DNA from: a virus
Lineage: Duplodnaviria; Heunggongvirae; Uroviricota; Caudoviricetes
Length of the DNA: 64,000 bases
Direction: 5' to 3' (one strand)
IMG/VR virus record: IMGVR_UViG_3300048586_000134
Coordinates: 25,703 to 89,702 of that record
The notes beneath the pieces are model-generated. The model did not search any database. It was not told the origin of the DNA and saw only the letters and a program-made list of their open reading frames with translations. Shown one piece after another: positions 19,244-28,857 of this stretch; within the stretch, counting starts at the first letter, position 1, and every line of letters begins with the position of its first letter. Made by a program: the position numbers and the translations under genes.

Positions 19244-20347
19244 CTAGTCCCGAGAAATCTTGCCGATTGCCTGTACAGGGTCTCCGTTCCACCTGTCTGC
19301 CACTTTGTTCGCCCAAAACGGACACGTTGACGAACAATAGCTGTCTGCTTGTGGCGATCTACAAGGGTACATGCTGTACACACTATCATATGCGGAAGAA
19401 ACCTTTTGAGCGACAACTTCCGACTCCAAAGGCGGGTGTGATTTCTCGTTGACTGCTTCTGCCACCACCAAGGCGATATCAGGAGGCATGCCACGAGAAC
19501 GGCACATCGCTGCCAATGAAAACATCATCGCATCACGCGTTCCTTCCACGGCTCCTTCTCGCATGAGACGATTCAGGCATGGAATTCCATCTGAGGTTGT
19601 TGAATCCTTGATACGGACAATCGTCGCAGGAATATCAGCTACCCTCGCTTGGACAGCCCTGATTGGAAGTGGCGCAACCTCACGCAGCACCTTCCATTGA
19701 TCCTGCATGGGTTTGAAAGCACCATTCAGGAATAGACAGCGCTGTTTGGTCTTCTGGTGAATGCCCAATGGCAGCTTCACGAGGTTCCCAAAGTCGGCTA
19801 ACGTTGTTTGCTTGGGATAGACCTCGATCCGCACACCCCCAGGCAATTCCAGTTCACTCGTAATCAAGTGACCGAGACGGTAGGCGTCAAATGCGGGAAG
19901 ATTCCCATCGAAGAACAGCCAGACATGATACCCCTTGGAACCACTTTCTTCGACCAGTGCATGCCCCTTGCCGAAGATGGTAATAATCTTTCGGACAAGC
20001 ATGCGCGTGGTCTGCTGAAGTTTCTCGGCTTCGTAGTCGGTCGTAGCATCCACATCAAGGCAGAGCCACTTCACGGTTGATTGTTTGTCAAGCTGATAAA
20101 CGCCTAACGTCCAGTCGCCGCGAAGATGCTGCATAATGTGAAACGGTTCGAGTGGAATCGTCTCGACATCAGGACACTCGCTCGGTCGATGACGAGGCTC
20201 ATGCTCACAACTTCCCCGATAGACGCGACGAAAGCTCGTTCCTTTGCCCTCCTCATACTTTTGCTTGGCGAACGCATCGTCACGGTGAACGAAGCGCTCT
20301 CGCATCAGTTCGATCTGTTCGTCGCTAATGATCATCGATCCTCCCAC
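19244..20347 (-). CDS. archaeo-eukaryotic-primase-type DNA primase-polymerase with PriCT-like C-terminal domain
   Basis: AEP motifs LCLDVDATTD (DxD) and GSKGYHVWLFF (sGxGyHvw). C-terminal ..PCLNRLMREGAVEGTRD.. region. Confidence 0.75.
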   Translation of the reverse strand: MGGSMIISDEQIELMRERFVHRDDAFAKQKYEEGKGTSFRRVYRGSCEHEPRHRPSECPDVETIPLEPFHIMQHLRGDWTLGVYQLDKQSTVKWLCLDVDATTDYEAEKLQQTTRMLVRKIITIFGKGHALVEESGSKGYHVWLFFDGNLPAFDAYRLGHLITSELELPGGVRIEVYPKQTTLADFGNLVKLPLGIHQKTKQRCLFLNGAFKPMQDQWKVLREVAPLPIRAVQARVADIPATIVRIKDSTTSDGIPCLNRLMREGAVEGTRDAMMFSLAAMCRSRGMPPDIALVVAEAVNEKSHPPLESEVVAQKVSSAYDSVYSMYPCRSPQADSYCSSTCPFWANKVADRWNGDPVQAIGKISRD

Positions 20348-20499
20348 CAGACTTCAAATTGGTTTCTCGTACCAGATGGATTGTTCTGCTTCCAGTCTCG
20401 GTAGACACGGTTCTTGTAACGGTTCTCCGTGAACAGCGCCGTCAGAACGATCACAAGCGCAATCAGCGAGAGGATAACCAAGAGAATAATAAATGTCAT
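20332..20499 (-). CDS. small single-pass membrane protein
   Basis: MTFIILLVILSLIALVIVLTALF.. Its ATGA overlap links it to the next gene. Confidence 0.35.
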   Translation of the reverse strand: MTFIILLVILSLIALVIVLTALFTENRYKNRVYRDWKQNNPSGTRNQFEVWWEDR

Positions 20500-20747
20500 T
20501 GATGAGCCTCCTCGTATACGCGCTTCACCCACTCTGTCAGCGCTTCTAGCTCTGAACGATCCATTGTCAGATCGAGAGCGTGCATCCATGCCTCCCACTT
20601 CGCAGCGGCAATCGCCTGATCCATGAAGAGTTGGATGTTCCCTCTGGCTAATTCGTAGTTGCGCCATGCTCCGCGCATGTCACTGTAATACGACTTGGTG
20701 TAGCTATACACTGTGTTGCGCTGCCGTTCCTCAAGTGTCATCGTCAT
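20496..20747 (-). CDS. hypothetical protein
   Basis: 83-aa ORF with RBS GAGGAGGATGACG before the ATG. Confidence 0.45.
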   Translation of the reverse strand: MTMTLEERQRNTVYSYTKSYYSDMRGAWRNYELARGNIQLFMDQAIAAAKWEAWMHALDLTMDRSELEALTEWVKRVYEEAHQ

Positions 20748-20946
20748 CCTCCTCCTCTAAGCGATTGAGCACCTTTCTCAATGCTACACGAAGTCGGGGC
20801 AGTCTGTCAAGTTTGACGACAATGCATTCCTCGTCACCTTCTTCGGCGGCATCCTGACACAAGACAACATGCGTACCTTTATCATCATAGGATGTGATGC
20901 GGATGTCACCCCACTCAGTAGCAGAGTCAACTGTGATCGGCTTCAT
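20731..20946 (-). CDS. hypothetical acidic protein
   Basis: 71-aa ORF. Confidence 0.4.
   Translation of the reverse strand: MKPITVDSATEWGDIRITSYDDKGTHVVLCQDAAEEGDEECIVVKLDRLPRLRVALRKVLNRLEEEDDDDT
20781..20810 (-). promoter_or_regulatory. embedded promoter TTGACA-18-TAGCAT inside 20731..20946
   Basis: Read on the - strand, upstream of 20496..20747. Confidence 0.35.
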
Positions 20947-21127
20947 CAGGCTTCTCCAAAATTTCTACGTGCACTGCATTACCTGTTCGATATGCGTATT
21001 CGACTACTGCCTGCTGAAGACGCATGTAATCCATGTCGCACGAGTTTAGCTCTTCAGGCGTGAGATGTACGATTTCCGTTTTGTCCGTCTTTTGTGCCTT
21101 GCGTCCCTGCCACGGCCAGCCTCTCAT
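20927..21127 (-). CDS. hypothetical protein
   Basis: 66-aa ORF. Confidence 0.35.
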   Translation of the reverse strand: MRGWPWQGRKAQKTDKTEIVHLTPEELNSCDMDYMRLQQAVVEYAYRTGNAVHVEILEKPDEADHS

Positions 21128-21354
21128 GAGGGTAACTCCTTTCTGAGCTTCTTGATAATATCAATCACCTCGGTATCGTCTACGATCAGTTCGAAACTCA
21201 GCAGAAGAAACTTGATCTGCTCAAGGTGATCCCTGCTGACAAGTACGTAATCGCATCCGCAAACACCGCAGATCGGGCAAGCATGTTGCCAGCAGACTTC
21301 GCAGAGCGGCTCCCACGCGGCAATTTCAACGCCGCAGTTTTTGCAGGGAATCAT
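21124..21354 (-). CDS. zinc-finger protein (start at MIPCKNCGV..)
   Basis: Four CxxC pairs (CKNCG..CEVC..CPICGVCGC). Confidence 0.4.
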   Translation of the reverse strand: MIPCKNCGVEIAAWEPLCEVCWQHACPICGVCGCDYVLVSRDHLEQIKFLLLSFELIVDDTEVIDIIKKLRKELPS

Positions 21355-21593
21355 GCGCGGTCCCGCACAATCCCGATTTCGAGGCGCATGCTCCGACAGA
21401 TGTTCTGAATGCTCTTGGCCCATGCACGGTCATTGGACTCAGCCTCGGTCGCATACTCAAGCGTCTCGGTAGCAAAGGCTTCCGCGAAACCGAGAAGAGC
21501 TTCAAGGTCTTTCGTGGGTACAAGCGAGTACCCCTGACGAAACCAAGAATTTTCGAGTTGGTCAAGCGCCTTGTTAATCAAGTCTTCAATCAT
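21351..21593 (-). CDS. hypothetical protein (start at MIEDLINK..)
   Basis: The internal Met removes overlap with the upstream gene. Confidence 0.4.
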   Translation of the reverse strand: MIEDLINKALDQLENSWFRQGYSLVPTKDLEALLGFAEAFATETLEYATEAESNDRAWAKSIQNICRSMRLEIGIVRDRA

Positions 21594-21868
21594 GTGTCCT
21601 CCCTTACTGAAAGGCACGTATCCTGCTGGAAAGCAAGCTCGGCCTGAAACCATGCCTCAGCGACGATCTTCTGTACTTCGTCATTAGAGCGGTGTCCAAC
21701 GATACCCGCTCGTTTGTTGAAGGCAAACTCGATCACCACACATCCAGTGTTTTCGTTGTAGTGTGAGTACCATTGGATGTCACGATACGCCCACACAAGA
21801 TACTTGTGGACAATACTCATCATCTTTCGTGCGTTGTAGGCGTAGGTTGCCGTACCTTCTCCCAGCAT
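21590..21868 (-). CDS. hypothetical protein
   Basis: 92-aa ORF. Confidence 0.4.
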   Translation of the reverse strand: MLGEGTATYAYNARKMMSIVHKYLVWAYRDIQWYSHYNENTGCVVIEFAFNKRAGIVGHRSNDEVQKIVAEAWFQAELAFQQDTCLSVREDT

Positions 21869-21877
21869 TTCTCCTCC

Positions 21878-22081
21878 TTAGCGTGCAAAGATACCGAGTG
21901 CAATTGCAATCACACCAAGCACCATCGACACATACAGCACCAAACGTGCGTCGGCTCGGGCGTCAGGGTGCGAGTTCGCGGATAGCCATATGCCACCCGC
22001 GATTGCACCTGCTACCGATAGCATACCACAGATCAAGCTGACAAGTTGCATTATTCCTCCTATCCCTTCGCTGAACCCCAA
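21878..22081 (-). CDS. small membrane protein (2 TM)
   Basis: 67 aa, hydrophobic throughout. Confidence 0.4.
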   Translation of the reverse strand: MGFSEGIGGIMQLVSLICGMLSVAGAIAGGIWLSANSHPDARADARLVLYVSMVLGVIAIALGIFAR

Positions 22082-24171
22082 TTCGGACCAGCATGCGCAT
22101 CGGCCAAGAGCGGCAGGCTCAACTCATTCACGAGTCCGTACCCGTTCATGAAGGTGTCCATGATCTTGATTCCGATTGCTTCGTACTCGGCAGGAACTTC
22201 TGCCACGAGTTCATCATGCACTTGCAGCAGGAGCGATCCTCCAATAGCTCGAAGTGCTTTCTGCATCGGCGGCATCGCATCACAGATAATATCTCCGCAC
22301 GATCCCTGAATGATTGCATTTACGCCTTGCCGCTCAGCGCGACCACGACGCCAACCTTCACGAGAGAAGGCTTCAGGCAGACGACGCTTGCGACCACCAA
22401 TGGTACCGACATAGCCAGCCGTGCGGACATGCTTCCAAACGCGCTGCTTCCACTCGGTTGCCACCTTGTACATCGCATTGTAGCCGTCGATCCACTCTTG
22501 CGCCTGCTCTTCGGTGATGTCCAGCTTGTTGTTGACCAGCAGGTAACGGCGGAATTTCTTCGCGCCCATGCCGTAGGTCAATGCAAAGTTGCCAGTCTTT
22601 CCGAGTTGTCGTAGCTCCTTCGCCTTTGGATCACCAGCGTGATACGCCTCATAGAGTTCTTCGTAGGTCATACGAGCGAACGCCGCACCAGTCAGGATGT
22701 GAAGGTCTTTCTCTTCCTTGAATGCAGCCAGCAACTCAGGGTCTTGGCTGTAGTGTGCGAGCACTCGCAGTTCCATCTGTGAGTAGTCAGCGACGACCAA
22801 CACATACCCAGGTCGCGCAACAAACATGGATCGTGCGAGTTTGCCTACCTCTCCACGCGAGGGGATGTTCTGCAAATTGGGATTGCTGCTACTAAGACGA
22901 CCAGTCGCAGTGCCGCCACGTCCCTGTTCTGACGCAGCCTGATTGAACAGCGTCGTGATGCTATTATAGTCGTCTGGATCGGCATCTGTCAAGAATCGAT
23001 CCAGATAGGTGCCAATGAACTTGGTTGCCTTGCGCCATTCAAGCACGTCATAGAGGAACTGAGGCGGCTCGTTCTCCGCGAAGAAGATCAGCGTCTCAAG
23101 GTTGTCCTTGTCCACGCTGTACTTCTCACCAGATTTGGTCCGCTTCAGTTCAATCTCTGTCGGAATTCTCACACCGCTGTACTTGAAAATCAAGTCGTAG
23201 ATTTGATTCCCTGAGCCAGTGTTGAATTCATACCAGCGCTCGACTGATCGAGGAGTCGGCTTCCAGACAGGAATCTGGACACCTTCCACGTCGATAACCT
23301 GCTGACCCTGATCGTTGGTATAGACCTCCTCAGCAAGCTCCGCAGGGAACTTCTTGACGTAGAGATTCGGCACCGTCTCAGGGGTGTAACGCTCGGTGAG
23401 CATTTTGAGGCCCATGATCCGAACGTTCCTCTCCAATTCTGTTGCACGAGTAACGTAATCCTCACGAATGCGCTTGACCAATTCAATGTCAAGAGCGATA
23501 CCACGACCTTCCATCTGTTGCAACGTCACGAGGAGCGGCATCCAAATGTTGTTGAAGACTTCGATCAGGAACTTGTTCTTGACTTTCTCCTCACGAAGTT
23601 GTTGGGAGAAGAGACCATGTAGCTTGAAGGTTGCTTCAACGTCATTCATGGCATACTGTGCGCCCTTATCAAGAGGGACGCCAAGAAACTCTCTCTTTGA
23701 GAAGCCCTCATATTCAGAGAGTTCCATATACTTATCATACACGATACCGACCATGTATGACAAGTCTTTTAGGCCGTTCTTGCGGTTCTCATCCAGCAAT
23801 TGAGCGGCAAGAAGCGTATCGAAAAGTTGACCGTCAATCGTCAACCCGATACGCTCCATGAAATGCATATCAAATTTCGAGTTGTGTGCAATCATCAGCA
23901 CATCATGTTGTGAGAACAGCGGGGCAAGCGCGGTCCTCAAATCTGATCGTGGGATGTAATTGACGAGTTTAATTCGTCCATCCCACAACTTCACTGTATG
24001 CTCAGCGGCGAGGTAGAAGGCGTCACCGTTCTCAAAGTACAGTGCTATTCCGAGAAGACGATCCTTGCGGAAGTTAAGTCCACTCGTTTCTGTGTCGAAC
24101 GCGAACGACATTCCCTGATACGCACGAGCAATGTCCCACATCTCATTCGGATCGGTAATGATTCGTCGCAT
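22060..24171 (-). CDS. polA: family-A DNA polymerase (Pol I-like) with 3'-5' proofreading exonuclease domain
   Basis: ExoI motif FDTETSGL near the N-terminus. Pol motifs A and C (..R.RRLPE.., ..LLQVHDELV..). Length 703 aa. Confidence 0.9.
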   Translation of the reverse strand: MRRIITDPNEMWDIARAYQGMSFAFDTETSGLNFRKDRLLGIALYFENGDAFYLAAEHTVKLWDGRIKLVNYIPRSDLRTALAPLFSQHDVLMIAHNSKFDMHFMERIGLTIDGQLFDTLLAAQLLDENRKNGLKDLSYMVGIVYDKYMELSEYEGFSKREFLGVPLDKGAQYAMNDVEATFKLHGLFSQQLREEKVKNKFLIEVFNNIWMPLLVTLQQMEGRGIALDIELVKRIREDYVTRATELERNVRIMGLKMLTERYTPETVPNLYVKKFPAELAEEVYTNDQGQQVIDVEGVQIPVWKPTPRSVERWYEFNTGSGNQIYDLIFKYSGVRIPTEIELKRTKSGEKYSVDKDNLETLIFFAENEPPQFLYDVLEWRKATKFIGTYLDRFLTDADPDDYNSITTLFNQAASEQGRGGTATGRLSSSNPNLQNIPSRGEVGKLARSMFVARPGYVLVVADYSQMELRVLAHYSQDPELLAAFKEEKDLHILTGAAFARMTYEELYEAYHAGDPKAKELRQLGKTGNFALTYGMGAKKFRRYLLVNNKLDITEEQAQEWIDGYNAMYKVATEWKQRVWKHVRTAGYVGTIGGRKRRLPEAFSREGWRRGRAERQGVNAIIQGSCGDIICDAMPPMQKALRAIGGSLLLQVHDELVAEVPAEYEAIGIKIMDTFMNGYGLVNELSLPLLADAHAGPNWGSAKG

Positions 24172-24180
24172 CGCATCTCC

Positions 24181-24615
24181 TTACAAGTAGAAGTCGTAGT
24201 ATCCAATATAGGCGATCACGCCAAGCACTAGCACGTACAGAAGCACAACCCACTTGATCAGTTCGCCGTGCTTTCGATGCGCGTTGTTAGCCATGCTACG
24301 CACAGCATCGATCTGCCCTTCGAGATGTCGTTCAAGCGCTGCGTGCTCATCCTGTACTATCATATGCGCGTTGCAGACTGGACACGACATTCTCCGTGCA
24401 CGTCTATCATACACGCCGAAAGGATCGAAGTCATACGATAATTTCGTATCTTCGGTAATCTCGATCAGCGAACGACATTTCCCACAACGCCGACGCTCAC
24501 CAATAAATTCGTTTCGTTGTTCTTCAGGCTTGACGCCTGTATAGATGACGTTACTCATTGAATCCACCCCAGCGAATACGCGACACCGAGAGCGAGAACA
24601 GCAAGGAAGATGCAT
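24181..24615 (-). CDS. zinc-ribbon protein with C-terminal TM anchor
   Basis: CxxC pairs plus a C-terminal hydrophobic helix. Confidence 0.4.
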   Translation of the reverse strand: MHLPCCSRSRCRVFAGVDSMSNVIYTGVKPEEQRNEFIGERRRCGKCRSLIEITEDTKLSYDFDPFGVYDRRARRMSCPVCNAHMIVQDEHAALERHLEGQIDAVRSMANNAHRKHGELIKWVVLLYVLVLGVIAYIGYYDFYL

Positions 24616-24962
24616 TGAAGAACGAAGAAGAAGACAATTTTTTCGTTGAAATGGTCTTGGCTCTCCTTCAACTCACGGCGAGACTGTCCTCCGTCAGAAG
24701 CATATTGATACATCGACTTCCGAACATCCTTGATTGCGGATTCAAAGTATTCGTCGTCGGTCTTCACCCGTACAGCGATGCTCTTTTCACAGGTAGGACA
24801 GGCGACGGCACGATACTCGCTGGTATAGATGTTATTATCTACGAATTTCGTGTCCTTGTCCGTGAAGATCACCGTTCCACAGTGGTTGCATTGTGCTCTG
24901 CGCCCAATGAGAGACGGCTTCGTGTCAGATGGTTTACAACCTTCGATGAGAACTTGCGTCAT
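24555..24962 (-). CDS. zinc-ribbon protein with C-terminal TM anchor
   Basis: CNHCGTV..ACPTCEKS.. plus a C-terminal TM. Paralogue-like with the preceding gene. Confidence 0.4.
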   Translation of the reverse strand: MTQVLIEGCKPSDTKPSLIGRRAQCNHCGTVIFTDKDTKFVDNNIYTSEYRAVACPTCEKSIAVRVKTDDEYFESAIKDVRKSMYQYASDGGQSRRELKESQDHFNEKIVFFFVLQCIFLAVLALGVAYSLGWIQ

Positions 24963-25255
24963 GGTGCCTCCTTTGTAATAATGTCTTCAGGAATGAGACG
25001 ATAGCGACGAATCTGGTAACTCTTTTCTTGTTCGCCGTAGACAAAGCAGACCGCTTTGGCAGCTTTCTCGGCGGTTTCGAGTGTACGATATCCGTGAATG
25101 AGCGTGTCGGGAATGCGATCTTTTCGGAACAGCTTCCAGTGTGCAGGCGTGACGGTTAGCTTTCTGTTCGGATACGACAAGCGTTCCTCTTCCCACACAT
25201 AGAGAAGGTAAACCTCCTCAATTGTATCATGTGACTTCAAGCCAAAACCATCCAA
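24959..25255 (-). CDS. hypothetical protein
   Basis: 98-aa ORF. Confidence 0.4.
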   Translation of the reverse strand: MDGFGLKSHDTIEEVYLLYVWEEERLSYPNRKLTVTPAHWKLFRKDRIPDTLIHGYRTLETAEKAAKAVCFVYGEQEKSYQIRRYRLIPEDIITKEAP

Positions 25256-25451
25256 AGAGTCCTCCTAGCGCTATGATGATACCAACAACCATCAAGGTAC
25301 ATCCGACTGCCTCTCTATCATCATCCTGCTTTCCGAGGCTGACGATCCACCCCATCGATCCAAAGGTGAGGAACACTCCGATCAGGAACATCCCCAACAT
25401 AATCAGTTGCTCCACAGATACCCCTACCTTTCTTTTTACGAAAATCCCCAT
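25227..25451 (-). CDS. small 2-TM membrane protein (start at ATG, third codon of track ORF)
   Basis: Hydrophobic 74-aa product. Its start codon is embedded in a long-range stem-loop (see findings). Confidence 0.4.
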   Translation of the reverse strand: MGIFVKRKVGVSVEQLIMLGMFLIGVFLTFGSMGWIVSLGKQDDDREAVGCTLMVVGIIIALGGLFGWFWLEVT

Positions 25452-25510
25452 TTTCAAAAAGGGCTTTTTTCAAAAAATTCTGAAGCCTACTTCGAAAGGG
25501 GATTTTCGTT
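25437..25510 (-). other. long-range stem-loop CGAAAATCCCC..(~50 nt)..GGGGATTTTCG sequestering the start codon of the 25227..25451 membrane-protein gene
   Basis: An 11-bp perfect inverted repeat; read directly. The 3' arm covers codons 2-4 (GGG ATT TTC). The loop contains TTTTCAAAAA x2. Confidence 0.6.
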
Positions 25511-25707
25511 ATTCGGATCGAGGTAGACCGAGTGCTCCCCGCATTGTAACATCACAGGATGCACAATGACGAGGAGCGCATCGGTGTTGGCTACCCGCAT
25601 TCCTTCAACATAGACCTCTCCGCGTTTGACCGCAGCAGAGGCTTTTCTGATAGTCTCGCAAAGACCACTGATAACTAAAAGTTCGTTGATTGAGCGGATA
25701 TAGCCTT

Positions 25708-26196
25708 TTATTGCTCTTCCCTCCTTGCCAGATCACGACGATATCGCCGCCGATTCTTAATTTTCTTGTCATATTGGAATAACACGAATTGGGCGTGAGG
25801 ACTGGAATTGAGATATTGCTCAAATTGTCCCGCAAGCAGTTCATGGCTCCCATCCGCTGCTTTGAAGATCGGATCAGGTTGAACTGGATCGCGTGGACAG
25901 TAAATTGTCCCCACATGGACGCGATCTACGGTGCCTTCATGTCGATCCATGTAGTATTCTTCTATTTTCTCAAGATGTGTGGCATCTTTCGGAATTGGCG
26001 GATACGTGTTTGGTGGCGGAAGGTGCTTTTTGCGCGTTTTAGGCGTTTGAGAGCGCTGCCGCTGCTTTTCCAAATCTGTCTGCGGAACCGTACCACACGT
26101 TCTGCACTTAATTGACGCGGTAACAGGATCGAGGCGTAAAACGCCTGTTTTCTTGCATCGCGGACAACCGAGTGTTCGGATATCTTGCTCGTTCAT
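25708..26196 (-). CDS. zinc-ribbon protein, basic
   Basis: CPRCKK..CRTCG at the N-terminus, Lys/Arg-rich afterwards. Confidence 0.4.
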   Translation of the reverse strand: MNEQDIRTLGCPRCKKTGVLRLDPVTASIKCRTCGTVPQTDLEKQRQRSQTPKTRKKHLPPPNTYPPIPKDATHLEKIEEYYMDRHEGTVDRVHVGTIYCPRDPVQPDPIFKAADGSHELLAGQFEQYLNSSPHAQFVLFQYDKKIKNRRRYRRDLARREEQ

Positions 26197-26206
26197 AGGC
26201 GTTTTC

Positions 26207-26659
26207 CTATTTTAGTTGTGCATGACCAATTTTCGCCAATTCTATCAATTCCTTAAGATGTTCGCCTTTCAAAATACCGTATCCGTCGCGAATTGCCTGC
26301 CCTTTGAAATGAATCCAGAGCACACCAACTTCGCCAGACTCTTCGGCTTCATTGAACATCTGCTCAAGTACGTCAGTGGTGAGTGTATAGCTCTTCTCAC
26401 CTTTGGCACTGATCAGGCCAGACGCCTTGACCTCCATTTTAATGAAGAATTCGTTATTGATGTCAGGAATTTCGACATCACCCTTCAGATTGCGATTCGA
26501 GTCTTTGATCGAACCGCTCCCAGGCGTTCGGGAGCCGCCTAGTTCCTTTGCAACCATGCGTTCCACACGGTCACCAGAACGACGCGGCGATTTACCTCCT
26601 CTTCCTTTAGAAACCTTTTCAGGTTTCCAGTTTGGATAGACTATTTTGTTGTCGGGCAT
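26207..26659 (-). CDS. Hjc-like PD-(D/E)xK Holliday-junction resolvase
   Basis: ..GDRVERMVAKELGGSRTPGSGS..GDVEI..FIKMEVK.. matches the archaeal Hjc E..D..ExK arrangement. Confidence 0.55.
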   Translation of the reverse strand: MPDNKIVYPNWKPEKVSKGRGGKSPRRSGDRVERMVAKELGGSRTPGSGSIKDSNRNLKGDVEIPDINNEFFIKMEVKASGLISAKGEKSYTLTTDVLEQMFNEAEESGEVGVLWIHFKGQAIRDGYGILKGEHLKELIELAKIGHAQLK

Positions 26660-27180
26660 AGTAGTCCTAACTGCTCATTGGTCTTAGCGTGCTCTCCCCA
26701 CAATTCAACCGCTTTTGCGTCGTAGGCTCTTGCGGCGTCTTCGGCGGTGGCAAAATAGCCTATATGAACACGTTTACCCGCGATTCCAATTTTTGCTCGC
26801 CAACGACCATTCGGCATTCGTAACACACCCTTAAAGCCTGAAGTATTATCTTTGTTGAGCGTTCGATTCGCTACATTGAGCGTATCGTTTGTCTCACGCA
26901 GGTTACTTCGGCAATTATTAAGTGTATTGTTGTCAATGTGATCCGTCATGGGAGCATCAAGTAGCTCTTTGTGAAGAAACACCGTCTTTCCTGACTGGTA
27001 GTCTGTACGACAAGCATACACTCTTCCGTCTCGTTTGTCAAGAGCGGCATTCCATTTATACCGTTGGACAAATTCCGCATCCTCGGCGCTCACCCAACAG
27101 GATAAGCCCCGAGTCAGCGGAATCAACACTGCATTTGGCTCTGGCTTGGGAATCGCCAGAGCACTATAATCGATGGGCAT
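26641..27180 (-). CDS. HNH endonuclease with C-terminal AP2 DNA-binding domain
   Basis: HNH-type N-terminal region. C-terminal ..GVLRMPNGRWRAKIGIAGKRVHIGYFATAEDAARAYDAKA.. is an AP2 signature. Confidence 0.7.
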   Translation of the reverse strand: MPIDYSALAIPKPEPNAVLIPLTRGLSCWVSAEDAEFVQRYKWNAALDKRDGRVYACRTDYQSGKTVFLHKELLDAPMTDHIDNNTLNNCRSNLRETNDTLNVANRTLNKDNTSGFKGVLRMPNGRWRAKIGIAGKRVHIGYFATAEDAARAYDAKAVELWGEHAKTNEQLGLLCPTTK

Positions 27181-27271
27181 ACGTTATCCTAGCTGGCAAA
27201 GCCTCCCGCGATAAGAGCGCGTTGTTTGCGCAATCGCCGTAGCTTCTCCAATAATTCACGCAGTCGAAACA

Positions 27272-27976
27272 CTACGCACCTCCAATCGTTATCTCATAAG
27301 GCTTGCACTCCATGATACCACCTTTGATCCGACCTTCGACCACATCATTGAGAGCGTCGTGAAGGTCGCTGAGTGATCCGTTGTTGTAGAGCGTGATATC
27401 AGCCATAATAAAACGCTGTTCAGTTTCGCTTGGATGATTCTGCGTCTCTTCGAGTCGCTTTTCAACCTGCTCGGGCGTAAGAGATGGGTCTGCCGTGCGG
27501 ATAGATGTACGTACGGATTCAAGGCGCTCCTCCTCTGGTCGCTGGATACGAATCAGGGTAAACCCGACATTCTTCAGCGCATCCGCTTCGTTCGGAAAAC
27601 GACAGTCGTCGTTCACGAGTCGAGTATACCACGAATGCTCGATCCGCGCAACCAGTTTGTCGATCCAGATTGTGTCAGGGCCGAAAAACTCTCGTCCTAG
27701 CTCTGTACCAACAAGTTGCAGCAGTTTCCGAATTGGAGCCTGCCCCTTGATCGCATTCATTGTCTGAATGGTGTAGTCCGTGCGTCCCTGTCCAAGAGCG
27801 CGTGCCATAGTGTTCAACATCTCGGCAGAGATTTCCTTGACAGGATCAGCAAAGGCTTCTCGGTGGAATCCGTGCTCACTAATAAGGTACTGTGCGGCGG
27901 TTGTTTTGCCGCTATGCATTTTGCCGATCACGCCGAACTTTTGTCGCTCTACCACTTTTCCACTATCTCCTTCCAC
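27272..27976 (-). CDS. deoxynucleoside monophosphate kinase (P-loop)
   Basis: Walker A GKMHSGKTT at the N-terminus. Size and context fit phage dNMP kinases. Confidence 0.55.
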   Translation of the reverse strand: MEGDSGKVVERQKFGVIGKMHSGKTTAAQYLISEHGFHREAFADPVKEISAEMLNTMARALGQGRTDYTIQTMNAIKGQAPIRKLLQLVGTELGREFFGPDTIWIDKLVARIEHSWYTRLVNDDCRFPNEADALKNVGFTLIRIQRPEEERLESVRTSIRTADPSLTPEQVEKRLEETQNHPSETEQRFIMADITLYNNGSLSDLHDALNDVVEGRIKGGIMECKPYEITIGGA

Positions 27977-28536
27977 CCGTTGACACGGATAATACGCTCA
28001 TCCTCACCGAGATACTGATTATAGGGCATATCGATCAGGAAGATGCGGTTAATGTGCGGCTTCTTGGCAAAGAGTTCGACATGGTGAGGACCATCTTCGA
28101 TCACCCCATCCAGCTTATAGAGCCATGCGGCTTGCTGTTTGGTGAGGTTGCCGTCTGTCAAGCTGCTGTGCTTGTGCCGCGTGAAGAGCAATCGTACCAT
28201 GTCGAGTCCTTGCTTGTCAAGCCAATCTCTCGTGACCTCGAAGAGTGACGAGTGACGGTCAGAAACGACCATCGCCTCGTCACCATTCGCAATCAGGTGA
28301 TGGACACCCTCAATGGCATGCGGAATCGGATCGACAGACTCCTGAAAGTCCTCATTCATGAAACACTCAGGTGACCAAACCCAATCAAAGTGTTCTTTTT
28401 TGATGCGCTTGGGACCAGCCCACGACGTAAAATCAGACTCAGCGTAGTCAGTCCCGAAGCGTTCATTCATCGCCTGCAAATAGCGTGCTTGCGTATTTGC
28501 GAGCGTTTGATCGTAGTCGATCAACCAACGTGTCAT
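27949..28536 (-). CDS. 5'(3')-deoxyribonucleotidase (HAD, NT5C-like)
   Basis: N-terminal DxDxT motif (IDYDQTL). Length ~195 aa. Confidence 0.6.
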   Translation of the reverse strand: MTRWLIDYDQTLANTQARYLQAMNERFGTDYAESDFTSWAGPKRIKKEHFDWVWSPECFMNEDFQESVDPIPHAIEGVHHLIANGDEAMVVSDRHSSLFEVTRDWLDKQGLDMVRLLFTRHKHSSLTDGNLTKQQAAWLYKLDGVIEDGPHHVELFAKKPHINRIFLIDMPYNQYLGEDERIIRVNGWKEIVEKW

Positions 28537-28545
28537 GCGACCTCC

Positions 28546-28857
28546 TTAATCCTCAAATTCCAACGTCAGACGCATTCTCTTGCCAGTCTGTATAGCGTTA
28601 TGAATATATTCCAACTCGCTTGACTGTACAAGCTCTAGCTTGATGTCCGCATGTACGATACTGCTTTCGCTGCGGATGCTACGCAGTGTACGAACGCCCT
28701 CTAGCTCAAAGTCAACGACGATTGAGTGGTAGTCAAGATTGGCGGCGACAGAACTGACAATGAGTGGATTACTTTTCCAGATCGTTTTCAGTTGCGTTTC
28801 GGGCTTGCTTGTAGTCACCCTTGGTGTCTCGCTTTCGGGTTTGGGTGTACTCCGTGT
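28546..28857 (-). CDS. hypothetical protein (start uncertain)
   Basis: The track ORF overlaps the next gene, so its start was moved to MTRSTPKP. Confidence 0.3.
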   Translation of the reverse strand, partial: TRSTPKPESETPRVTTSKPETQLKTIWKSNPLIVSSVAANLDYHSIVVDFELEGVRTLRSIRSESSIVHADIKLELVQSSELEYIHNAIQTGKRMRLTLEFED

